64,000 bases of DNA from Pavona decussata (taxonomy: Eukaryota). Position numbers and translations under genes: made by a program. This document shows positions 1-27,043 of this stretch, piece after piece; position 1 is the stretch's first letter, and every line of letters starts with the position of its first letter. A model generated the notes under the pieces. That model had not been told where the DNA came from and made no database searches. It saw nothing but the letters and a program-made list of their open reading frames with translations. The stretch covers positions 1,116,001-1,180,000 of the forward strand of contig CDRNST010000310.1 in NCBI GenBank assembly GCA_977016875.1, read 5' to 3'.

Positions 1-166
1 GTCTTTAAGAATGGCTGGCGAACTCCCTCTTGTACTCGACAATTTTTAAAATTTTTGTTTCAATTTTTTTTTTTTTTTTTGTATCTATCGCTTTTCTCTG
101 GGAAAGGAGACGTGGTGGATTTCAAAATTATCAGTGATGTGTGACGCCAACTGAAAGCTCCTGTAG

Positions 167-466
167 CAGGGTTCGTACTCTTTTGAGCTTTTAAAATTCC
201 ATGACTTTCTATGACCTTTTCCATGACTTCTCCAAGTTTTCCATGACCTAAATTTGACCATTTTCTTGGAAATCACCTTTCATTTTGGGTACGTTTTTAC
301 TATTTTCTTCGCAAACAAACCCAATTTATTTTGCACTTTTTTATAAACATCATTTTCCATGACTTTCCATGACCCACACCTAAATTTCATGACTTTCCAG
401 GCCTTGAAAACTGAAATTCTAAAATTGCATGACTTTCCAGGTTTTCCATGACCCGTACGAACCCTG
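167..466. mobile_element. MITE with 12-bp TIR CAGGGTTCGTAC and internal TTCCATGAC repeats
   Basis: CAGGGTTCGTAC ... GTACGAACCCTG; multiple sub-terminal ttccatgac motifs; no clear TSD. Confidence 0.7.
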
Positions 467-537
467 TGCAACTTTAAAACAATAGGACATCAATTTCATT
501 CAGAAAACTTCAGTTGCTGCCAGTGATGGCAATCGGT

Positions 538-543
538 TTTATT
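538..543 (-). other. Likely PRMT5 polyadenylation signal (AATAAA)
   Basis: tttatt on the + strand, about 210 nt downstream of the PRMT5 stop codon. Confidence 0.5.
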
Positions 544-750
544 TCAGCACGATAGACCGCTACAACATTGTCGAATACAGCGAATACACGTACTCTCTAA
601 CTTCGTGTTGCACTGACAAAAACAATCCCCGTCTCAACTCCATAACTCTGCCTAACGATAACTCACAAAGGGAAACGAGTCTTAAGTTACACGCAGCAGC
701 AAATACATTTTTCTGTCTGAATAAACGCAAATCTTCGTTCTTAATCTGCG

Positions 751-17186
<16,436 letters not shown>

Positions 17187-17253
17187 TTTGATGATTTCCG
17201 TCGTCTTCGTAGCCAGGCCTCTTTAGCAGGAGTGGCTACCAAGCGAATCCAAG
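17187..17253. promoter_or_regulatory. Ultra-compact bidirectional PRMT5/PYURF promoter region
   Basis: 67 bp between divergent ATGs. Both ATGs sit in YY1/TISU-like contexts (CAAAATGGCGG on -, CAAGATGGCAG on +). Confidence 0.75.
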
Positions 17254-17983
17254 ATGGCAGAATGTTCACTCTGGAGATTTGCGTTGAAAAGTGTTTCAAA
17301 GAAACGTATTGTGTGGATTAAAACCGTCTCGTGCAGATGTTTTAGCGCTGGTAGACAATTGAGAAAAGATAAAGACGTCCCGGTAGACCAAAAACTGTTG
17401 GAAATCTTGGTCTGTCCATTGTCTAAAAAGCCATTAAGGTAAGCTTTAGCTGAAACTAATAATTTGAAGTCACTAATTGAAACTTAACTATAAAGGCTCA
17501 TATATGAGGTTATAGTAGCCATTAATGCGGCCTGATTACTATTTCTGCTGTTTTCTTTTTGGGCCACCCTGGTAAAATCTCTGTAGTACTCCTTTTGTGC
17601 AATGCTTGTACAAAATGCAAACTGCTACTTCAATGAAGGACAGCAAGTTGTTATTAATATTGGAAAGGCTACATTCTGGTGACTTTATATCAAATGGACC
17701 TGAGTAAGCCCCACCCTCACCCCTTCCTCCTCCTCCAACCTAATCCCCACATCCACTACCCCCTAGAACATCCTTATGTTCTCTTGAGAGAACCCAAAAT
17801 ATTAACTTTGATCTTGTTTTGTACATTAGGTACAACAGTGCAACAAATGAACTGATTTCAGATGAAATTGGTGTGGCATTTCCGATACAAAATGGTATTC
17901 CAAATCTTATACCCCATGATGGGAGACTTCTGAAGAGAGATAACACGACTTCAACTAAACCTCCCTCAAGCAAAGACAAGTAA
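17254..17983 (+). CDS. PYURF: Protein preY, mitochondrial (PYURF; Trm112-like methyltransferase chaperone), 2 exons, 112 aa
   Basis: Exons 17254-17438 and 17830-17983 (AG|gtaagc ... cattag|G). Translation contains LLEILVCPLSKKPLRYNSATNELISDEIGVAFPIQNGIPNLIP, matching the preY/Trm112-like core. The basic, Ser/Arg-rich N-terminus resembles a mitochondrial presequence. Confidence 0.93.
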
Positions 17984-19140
17984 AACCTCATGAAAGATTC
18001 ATCTAAACATGCGTGTTCGTCAGCCAAATCAAGGGTGGGTTTTCTCATATAAATGGGCTGCAGATTCTCGATGGCAAACCATTAAATGACTTCTATCAGG
18101 TACCTGGGAATCTCAATACGTGGAGGTGCACTTTAATATTTTCACAGCTTTTGTGAATTCATTCTCGTACACTGCCAAATGTGGCAATGGGACAGTTTTT
18201 GAAAAAATTGCGTCACCTGTGCAAGCAAAACATCGCACGTGTGGCCATGGCTTACGATGGAAGGGGACTTATAAGGAAATTTGATTGATATTTTGCCTGG
18301 CAAGGAGGAGGAAAGGAGGGAGGTTTGTTTTCTTGTGCCTTGCCCTATGGAGAAAATAATGGCCTTTGTAAAACAAGAAGCCATGAACCGCAGAGGGCCT
18401 GGCTATTAAGTTCACAATTTGTTTCTGTGATGACTCTCTAGGAGGAATAATTTCTAAACTTTGATCTTTCTACATCCCCTTTTAAGAGGGGGAAATTAGC
18501 ACATTTGAGAAGGAACTTTACAAAGTCCCCTCCCCTGCCCAAAGTTCCCCCCCAGGGGTTGGCTGATGATAGCTTCACAAAGTCACGCATACACTTAACC
18601 CAGTTTTTATAGCATGGAGCAACTAGGAATTTATATATTGCTCTATCCCAAGAGGGGATGTTAGTACATCACAAGCTTATCCCAGCAGTATGTCACCAGC
18701 ACCCACTTATTCACCTGGTTGATTTTCAAGAGATAATGTGGAGCATTTTTTCTTGCCAAGGAAGACAACACAACAACAGAGGCTGCATGTAGGTTTTGAA
18801 CCCCAACAAGACAAAAGTAAGAACTCTCAAAATCATTCCAACGATGGAGGAAATTATTTAATTAAGGTGGCTTGAATATTATTTTGTGAGCTAAAAGCAA
18901 ATAAGCACACCTCAAAATGGAAGGAAAGCACTTTATTTTACTATTTACTGGAATGTTGATTTTCAGCAATTCGATAGTGATGCTTCATTAGAAATAGTAG
19001 TTTGTGCACCATATAAACCATGTAATGTTTAGGATGAAGACAAAAATAGAACCTTTGATAAGACTCTGTTTTCATTTATAAAGGGGTTGGTTTCTAAAGA
19101 AACTGTGGTGCTGAGTCGGTGGGGAGTGGAAAGGAATGTT

Positions 19141-19332
19141 TTGTTTATCAACAGAGTTGATAGGGTAGTTCAGCCACCACAAAGAGATTCAAGTACTGAT
19201 GTTTCGAGCATTCTAGCCCTTCATCAGATTGGATTCACTCTGACGAAGGCCTCACCTTTGAAACGTCAACACTCAATTCTCTTTACGGTGGTAAAATTAC
19301 TTTTAGTTATCAACACTGTTGATAAAACCAAA
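19141..19332. mobile_element. Palindromic repeat carrying back-to-back minimal hammerhead-ribozyme-like cores (Penelope-type)
   Basis: Plus strand CTGACGA-aggcctcaccttt-GAAACGTC (19240-19267); minus strand CTGATGA-agggctagaatgctc-GAAACATC (19198-19227); the flanks are inverted copies of each other. Confidence 0.55.
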
Positions 19333-19340
19333 CTTCTATA

Positions 19341-19522
19341 CAGTGGAACCTCGATTTTACAATGTGGCAAGGGGACAGCAAAATCATATCATTAAATCAG
19401 GATATCATTGTGAACGAACTCCCAATTTATAATTAAAATAACTTTTGCCAGGACACAGAATGTTGATCGTTAAATCGGGAATACATTGTTAGATCGACGA
19501 TTGTAAAATCGGGGTTCCACTG
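19341..19522. mobile_element. Tc1/mariner (pogo-like) MITE
   Basis: TA|CAGTGGAACCTCGATTTTACAAT ... ATTGTAAAATCGGGGTTCCACTG|TA. Confidence 0.75.
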
Positions 19523-21261
19523 TAATAGTTTAGCTTGGTAAACCATTCCCACACTGACAGGAAACATGAAGAAATAGTCAGTGACTAGATAACAGAAAAT
19601 AAGAGCACTGCTAACAGGTCAGTAAAAATATGGTTTTACATTAAAAGTTAATTTTGACTCAAGTAAAATAAATATTTTATTATATGTTTTTTGCAATGGT
19701 GTTTCAAACATTCACCCACTGTCTGTCAACTTAAGTACTGTACATGGTCTTCTCTTAACTTTCAAATTGATTTGCTTTAATTTCCGATAGTTGTTGATTA
19801 ATTACTCAGCCAACAGCTTAAATATCTTTTTACTTTTTGACTGCACCTTTCAATAACATGCAAACTCTGACCTTGAAAACCAACTAACAATTTGCATATT
19901 TTACTACCATCAATCATAATCATATCAACAACCGACTGACTGAAAAATACAGTAACCGACGAAGTGGATTGAAATCTGCCAATCGGCACATTTGACCTTT
20001 TGACTTTGTTGAGCCAAATGACTTTGTTTTCTACGAGGTCCACAGCACTGATTTACAGCAGTGAAAAACAAGACAGGAGCGGAGGTTTTCCCCTATGTAA
20101 ACCATATTCATGTAGGTATGGGTGGTGGTGCCAAATGAAAGATACCATACATTCAAATCAGAGTTTGGTGAATGCTTCAATTGAAAGAGGTCAAATCAAG
20201 ATATACTTGTAACAAGTGTTTGTAACCCTGAATACATGTGTGAAAACTAGCCATTTGAATTGAGCCTAAACCATAATCAGGTGTTCACTAAAGTATTTCC
20301 CAGGAGGAGTTACAGTATATGATATGACTGGTACACTAAAATCAGAAGCTCACTCAACTGAACTCCAAGTTAAAGAGAACTCAAGTTGTTGGAAATAATG
20401 TCCACTAAAACTCCAATTTTTTTGGAATAACTGGAAGAACATTTTACTGTAAAAAAACTGGATCTAATAATATTATTATTCCCTCTTTTTTACTGTGAAA
20501 TTTTCTGTGTGCTGCTATTTTGGATTAATTGTGTGACATATCATAATTTGCTTGCTGTTATTCTCAGGAAGCAGAATTACTTTTGTGTGAAATAACTGGA
20601 TAACCAAAATAATGATGTTGTGAAATCCAAAATGGTGGCCTCAGGAAAATGAAAAGCAAAAATAGGTGATTATCAAATCCTGCTTTGTCTAATATTGAAA
20701 CATGACTTCCATGTTTTCCAGCACAATATGAAATAAAACAGAACAATTTAGTGTTTATTTGTTTGGAGTAGAGGTTGTCAAAGCCAAAACCTGACTTCAT
20801 AATTTTGAAAAAATAATAATGAATGGATAATGTATACCAAATAACAGATTCTTTTAGACTCAAGCTGTTTGTTTCAGTCATATTTTCGATTCCCTGTAAT
20901 AAATTTAACTCATTAAGCTCAGTCTTCATTCTGGCACTTCTTCTTAGTGCATAGTACTCTTTAAATTTCTAAAGCATAATCTACTGCAAATATCCATCCA
21001 TATTAATCTGCACTTAACTCTTTCAAGAGAAAAAGCAACTTTAGAAAATATGAAGTGCAGCTTACACATGGGTGCAAGCATTTGGGCAAGGATTGGTCTA
21101 TAATCACCAATTTAACAATATTGTTAATTATTGAGTTGTGGTCTTAAAATGGACCTTTGTGGTAATAACGTTATTTTTAAATATTAAGGAATTATTTTTA
21201 TATTCTCAAAAACAAAGAAAGGCATTGTAATGATAACAAAGCACATTCGGCTTCACTCTCT

Positions 21262-22533
21262 TTATACTTGTTCAAGAATGTCATCTAGATGAGCTATGTA
21301 ATTAATAGCATATTTCAGTATTTTGATCTTGGGGAGCTTAGTATCACATTGGTATCCAGGAATTAACTGTCTAAGGTCCTGATAAGCACTATTTAACTGT
21401 GCCACTCTGCGACGTTCATGCTCATTGGCTAAAAGCCGGTTTAGTTTTGATCTTTGTCGACCTTTCATGTGATAAGCCTCTTTTTCTTTCTTCCATTCTT
21501 CCTCCTCCTCAGGCATGACAAAGTCAGAACTGAAAGTCCGCGGCCGAGATGTTGCGGTCCTTGTATTGTAGGGTCTTACAGTGCCATGTTTGATTCCCTT
21601 CTTTGATTTGTGTTGTTTTGTTGTTGCCTTATGAGGCAGCTTATCTTGAAAATCCATATCGGTTTTGTTCCCATTGCACAGCTCACCTTTGTAAGTTTTC
21701 ACAGTCTGTGGCTCAGGAAATTCTTGTTTAATCTTTGCCTGAGGTGTACATATTTTCTTCTCTCTCCCAGAAACATTTGCTCGCTTAACCTTGTTGTTAT
21801 TTAACTGAGTTGTATTCTGCGAAGGAGAAGTCTGTCCACTGTCTTCTGTTTCCATTACATGATCCTTGTCAGTAGTTTCCATCTTCATTTTCTTTGTAGG
21901 AATCTCATTAGTTATGGTGTGGTCATCTTCCCTTTCAGTATTGTCATGAACTGGCACCTCCTCCTCCTCCTCTTCCTCCTCCTTCCTTGCAACCTGTAAG
22001 CCAGTCTCCATTCTGCGCCTAAGCTTTGCACAATCTTTCTCAGTGCGAGGTCCAGATACATCCTGCCCCATTTCCTGAGGCATGTCTCTTGGTTGGTAGT
22101 CTTGTCCTGCCAATGGCATGGGCAGTGATATGGGAGAAAATTGACCATGCTTTGGCAAGAACATTCCCTGGTGGCCACTGTTACAATTTACACCACTGCA
22201 CCAAGGAGAAATATGCACTCGAGTAACATCGGGCATTAATTTTGGAGTTGGAAAAAAACGACAGAAACAGCCAGCATGCTCATCTAGTTTTCTGTGAAAG
22301 CACTCGCAACAGTGGCGTCCCATACAGTTATTTCTATCTGCTAGCTTGACACAGCTGTCAGTTGCATGGGCAAATGTTCTTGGTCTATAGGGACAGCATG
22401 GTGGGTTTGAATGGCACATTGTGGTCTGGTTCCTTTCAAGCGAGCTGAAATGTAAAATAGGAGGATGAAATTCAATGCACTGTCTGGGGGGCATGACTGC
22501 GTGATGTTGGGCTGCAAAGTGCAAAGCATCCTG

Positions 22534-22564
<31 letters not shown>

Positions 22565-22574
22565 TTGTTGTTGT
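21262..22574 (-). CDS. Main exon of the bHLH gene (poly-Asn, Cys/His-rich region, poly-Glu tracts, C-terminal bHLH)
   Basis: Long uninterrupted ORF ending in a basic-helix-loop-helix signature (N..ER.R...LN.A...LR..IP......KL.KI.IL..AI.YI..L). Confidence 0.93.
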
Positions 22575-25500
22575 CTGAAAGATAAGAAATGTGAAGGGAG
22601 CAAACATATCAGGTAAAGAATTTCATGTTCTTGTCAGTAAACCTTGTGCAAATGACATGGACCAAATGGTTAATTGGCTCATACCAGGGGCTTTTGCACA
22701 TACTGGGAACAGTATGTTCTTACCAAAGATGCTGATGGATTTCATTATTTTTCTGTTCATGAAAAAAGTGCCCCAATCATTATGAAATGCAAATGACCCC
22801 TATATCCTATGTTATCATAATCATGTGTTTTTACAACAAAAGTTTTAATTTAAAAAACCCGGGAAAATGAGTTGTTGTCAGGTAAGGGGCGGACCATTAG
22901 AAATCACGGGAGGGGGGGGGGGGGGTGACAATTTCCAAAAACAAATTCCTGCAAAGGAAAATTGCCAAAAAAAAAAGAAAAAATTCTGCAGGCAGTTCAC
23001 CATCCAAAAAAAAATTCCTGCAAGTAAACTGAATCAAAGTACAATATCAAAACACAACGTCTACCAGTTTTATTGCACATTTCAAGAATATAACCTGCTC
23101 TTTTATCATTTTAACACATTTTACATGTATTACTGTTTTTAGAAGTGACAATGCAACCTGATCTCCTGCTCATTTATGGATTTCAAATGTAGAAGAAATA
23201 TAAAACAATTTGACTATAGCAAACCTTCAACAATCTTTTTTTTTTGAGTAGGAAATAGAGCAAGGGGTGACAGGCCTGCAAATTATGGAAACATTGACGC
23301 CTCGAGTCATGAGGTGCGATACAATTAGTAGCTCATTTCTTTCTCGATAATCGCGATACTCGAATTTTGCGAAAATCGAGACTCCAAAGAGTGTCACCTT
23401 GAGCTGTACTGTAATTAAACTGTGCGGAGCTTTGTATGTCTAAAAGTTCTGTCGAAAAAAAAATCGTGCAGAGTTTCCATGTTGAAAAAAAAATTCATGC
23501 AGATAAATAATTATTGGACTAAAAAAAAAATTCATCCACTGAAAAATTTTTACCCCCCCCCCCCCCCTACCGTGATTTCTAATGGTCCGCCCCTTACAAT
23601 CGGTAACATGCTCACGAGTTGTCACGCAAGTTGTGCGGCAGCGAAGCGTGACAGAGTGTGCCGACCCGAACAACGGCGCAAAGAAGAAAAACCCCGAGGG
23701 CGCGAACGATCAATTGTTCTTTTTTGGTCATATGAACAGGTGGGAGTCCTAAGCAATGGAACATTTAATTAAACCAAGTAGTAGATCATCCCCTCCTTTG
23801 AAAAAGCCGTGAGGGATATACCTTCTTTTATTGCCCTTTCAATATACTATCAGAGAACAATAAAAGCGGCTGTTAAACACAGCAGTGGGACACAACAGTA
23901 CATTTTAACACCTTCTGCGGTCGGCAAATGGAAAGAAAGAAAATGCATGGGTCTTTTAGATGTGGTTGGAAATCGTCGCGATTTAAACATATGCAACTCT
24001 CACTATACAAACACGTTTGCAAAGCGATAAAGTGATTTTTCTTCCTTATCAGGAAAAATTGCTATCGGTGGACTGACTCTACTGTGAGAATTGATTCTAC
24101 AAGGTGACTCCGATAACCTCGAAATACCGCCGGCCTCGAAAATCATACGGCGGGATTTAAATTGTCCTTTTTTAAAATTTCTTTTCATACTTTAATTTCA
24201 AATTTGACAGCAGAACGCGGTTGTAAACAGTGCTTAATCCCTCGAGGAGGCCTGCTATTAAAACAATCTTTTCACTGTTGTTTGGTGCAGTTGAACTGCA
24301 GGAAATTACCAAGGATCCTTTCCCAAGAACCTTTCTTGGCCATTTAGGAAGAAAATCGTTTTTTTCTCCGATGTTTGCGCGCTCGAGGCACCCGAATCTC
24401 GCAATGAAAAACAGCAGGAAATGCCAGATGTAATATCGCCGGCTAAATCTACCTGAAGACGAACCATCTGGTTAAATGAGTGACAAAATAGTGTTCCTTT
24501 ATCACGTAGACTGCAGTCGTTTGCGTTTCAGGGTTCAATTGTTTTCCGAAAAGACTTGTTTAACAACCAGAACAACGGCCATTAACCCACTTTAGCTTTC
24601 TTAAAGAACCCATTTCATCTCCAGAAAACCATTTTAAACGCGCATATCAGACCCAGCTGTTTTCATTTGCGATGCGTTATCGAAAACTTGGCATTCTTGG
24701 AATAGCTAGTTTTGACTAGCAGAGTTCATTTGAAAGGCAAGGACGGCACAGAGACAGAAGAATCGATTTCCCATCTGTTATATTCTAATTTTCACCACCA
24801 AGAAAAAACCCTTTTCCGTGCAAACAATCCCCAAATTACAGTTTCGCGAAAACAAAGTAAAGAATGGTTTCCTGGTAGCGCAGTTGTTTTCAAGTTCCCT
24901 CCCAGATTTGAATCGTCGTTTTCTTTGACTTTTCACCTCAGTTGAATAGTATTCAATAAGAGACGATTTTGTTTTTATCTTTGTCAAGTGTTTGGTCCAA
25001 ATAATTCACTCTGTGCGCGATAAGATGTACGAAAACAGAAACAGCTTAATTTGAGTTTGCCGTCCAATTTCCTTGAGCATCGACAACTGAAAACCAATGC
25101 GCAACAAAAAGCTCTGACCGACCATAAAATGTAGTATTGTTATCGAACATGTAGTGAACATCTGTTTCGAGATAAAGAATACATCTTTGAATGCTAACAA
25201 AAATTATTTATTTTTCATTTAAATTTTCCTTGAAAAAAAAAAAGCCTTTTGTTAGTCTGGGCAAATTGTTCCCTTTTTCAAAGGAAAAATAACGAAAATT
25301 CTAACAAGCGAGAGTCCGATTTTCGCTTTCTTTTTCTTTAATTTTTTAAGGTTGATAAAGTGAAATGTTTCGAAGCGAAAGTCCTTCCACCGAAAAATAA
25401 CCTGAAATTAACATAGCAAATAAAACATTGTCACTTTGTAGGTTCCGAGTTGCATTGGATTTTCACGATACCCTCTTCACTTTTGAAAAGAAAATTTCTT

Positions 25501-26942
25501 TTATTCGAATTACCAACATCATTAGCAAGCGCTTTATGTCTAGCTTGCGAACATTAACATATCTAAAAGATGAACTCCCAATTTTCCAGAGTTCATTTCA
25601 GGCTTGTGTTTTCCCTAAATTTGTATTTATCGTCCCCGAATTAATAACAAATCTCGGAAAAGAATATACAACGAGTTTATAGCGAAGAAGACCCCGCGCT
25701 TCTTCGTTCTTGCCAGGATTTCTCCTTTTCTTTTCTTTTTTTTTTCTTTTTCTATTATCATTTTAAATCGCCCATAGTCAATCATCTGTACCAGATGGTT
25801 GAAAAGCCATCGCCTTCAATTTTGGAGCTAATGCACTCTCAGCCCTTCACCGCTTTGATTAAAATTCATAACTTTTCGTTTTTATCGGCAATAGTACTGA
25901 GCATATGTCATTGAAGAGTTGAGTGGCACAGCGGGTCATCCCCTAAGGTCCATTTAGCATTTCCCGCGCTGCTTACTGTAATTTTATTTGTCCCGAAAAT
26001 CGTTCTAAGGCTTTTAACATATTTTTGGCCCGCTCAGTCTTGCACTAATTTCCGAAATGTTCCTCTTTCCTGTGAGTTTATTGTGCGCGGTTGTTTGTAT
26101 TTTCTCGCGCGGTTCAATCTCGCTGGAACAGCTGTGACATTAGGTTTCATGTGTTTACAGAACCGTTTTAATTTATGGCTAAATTCATAAAACAACATTT
26201 CCATTGCTTTTCGCGTTGGAGTTGCTAGGTATCAACCATCGACTGCGATCGCAGGCGATGGAAATCCTATTTAGCCGCGAAAATAAAGTCGAATTTCACT
26301 CAATGTCAATTCCCTTTCAAACCTGTGAGAATTCAAACAGAAAATCGCCACCCGGACCAGCGACTTGGCAAAACATCTGCCGGCCATCTCCCAGGTGTGT
26401 GTATACTGAAATTACTGTTACTTGCAAAGTGCTAATAACAAAAAGACCTAGAGATTTCTTAAAGGCCCGAAAGCCCGCTTGATGCCAAGAAAACCATTAA
26501 AATCCCCCTTCTCAGGCGTGCGAATGAATGAAATATGCATTGTAAATTTCTCGTTCGCTGCTGCTAGTTCCCTTGGCTTGTAACGTAGTAAATTTGACAA
26601 ATGCGGAGCCGAATAATGACACCGTAAGCAATTCGAACAAGCTTGAATTAATTAAAGAAATCTCTCCTCTTAACTGAAACGCGAGTCGTTCCGCGATTTT
26701 CGCAACGTTTGGTCCAGTGATTTGGAACGGAGGTTCTTCCTCGGCGTGTTGACATCTGAACTGAACCGTACCCATCGACACACCGATCTGGGGAGGAATC
26801 GCGAATAGAACGCACCGATCTATCGTTCGAGAACACGTGCGGATTTCGAGGAAATAATCAGGTTTACCAGAAACTTACCAGTACTGTTCGCAGATTTCTC
26901 ATCTTCGCTTTTTCGCCTCTTCACGAGAAACGATCTCGGCAT
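21262..26942 (-). CDS. SNAG-domain plus group-A bHLH transcription factor (Net/ATOH8-like or unassigned bHLH), 2 exons, about 458 aa
   Basis: Exon 1 (26879-26942) reads ATG CCG AGA TCG TTT CTC GTG AAG AGG = MPRSFLVKR and ends at a G|GTAAGT phase-1 donor. Exon 2 (21262-22574) follows the acceptor cttatctttcag, and phase 1 places it in the frame of the 420-aa ORF. C-terminal bHLH: RLLANEHERRRVAQLNSAYQDLRQLIPGYQCDTKLPKIKILKYAINYIAHL. Confidence 0.85.
22885..23594. mobile_element. TA-flanked non-autonomous DNA transposon in the SNAG-bHLH intron
   Basis: TA|AGGGGCGGACCATTAGAAATCACGG-poly(G) ... poly(C)-CCGTGATTTCTAATGGTCCGCCCCT|TA. Confidence 0.8.
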
Positions 26943-27024
26943 GATCGTCAAAGAGAAGCAAACTTTTGCGATCCCCTCGCACCCGCCGCTCGGTCAGACG
27001 ATAGCGCAAAATTCAAGCTCCATC

Positions 27025-27043
27025 CAGATGTCAAATATAAATA
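27025..27043 (-). promoter_or_regulatory. Candidate core promoter of the SNAG-bHLH gene (TATA-like TATTTATA plus adjacent CATCTG E-box)
   Basis: TATA-like element about 95 nt upstream of the MPRSF ATG. No ATG lies between the implied start site (~27010) and 26942. Confidence 0.35.

Noticed and set aside
17984-19100. Downstream PIGY ORF (vertebrate PYURF is bicistronic with PIGY)
   Set aside because: The first downstream ATG gives only about 20 codons, and I found no ORF with two hydrophobic segments and a W.W.G.K.F.HN ending. A profile search would be needed to exclude it fully.
21262-22524. Single-exon bHLH gene starting at 22524
   Set aside because: That start is a TTG. A consensus acceptor at 22575 and the in-phase SNAG exon give a better model.
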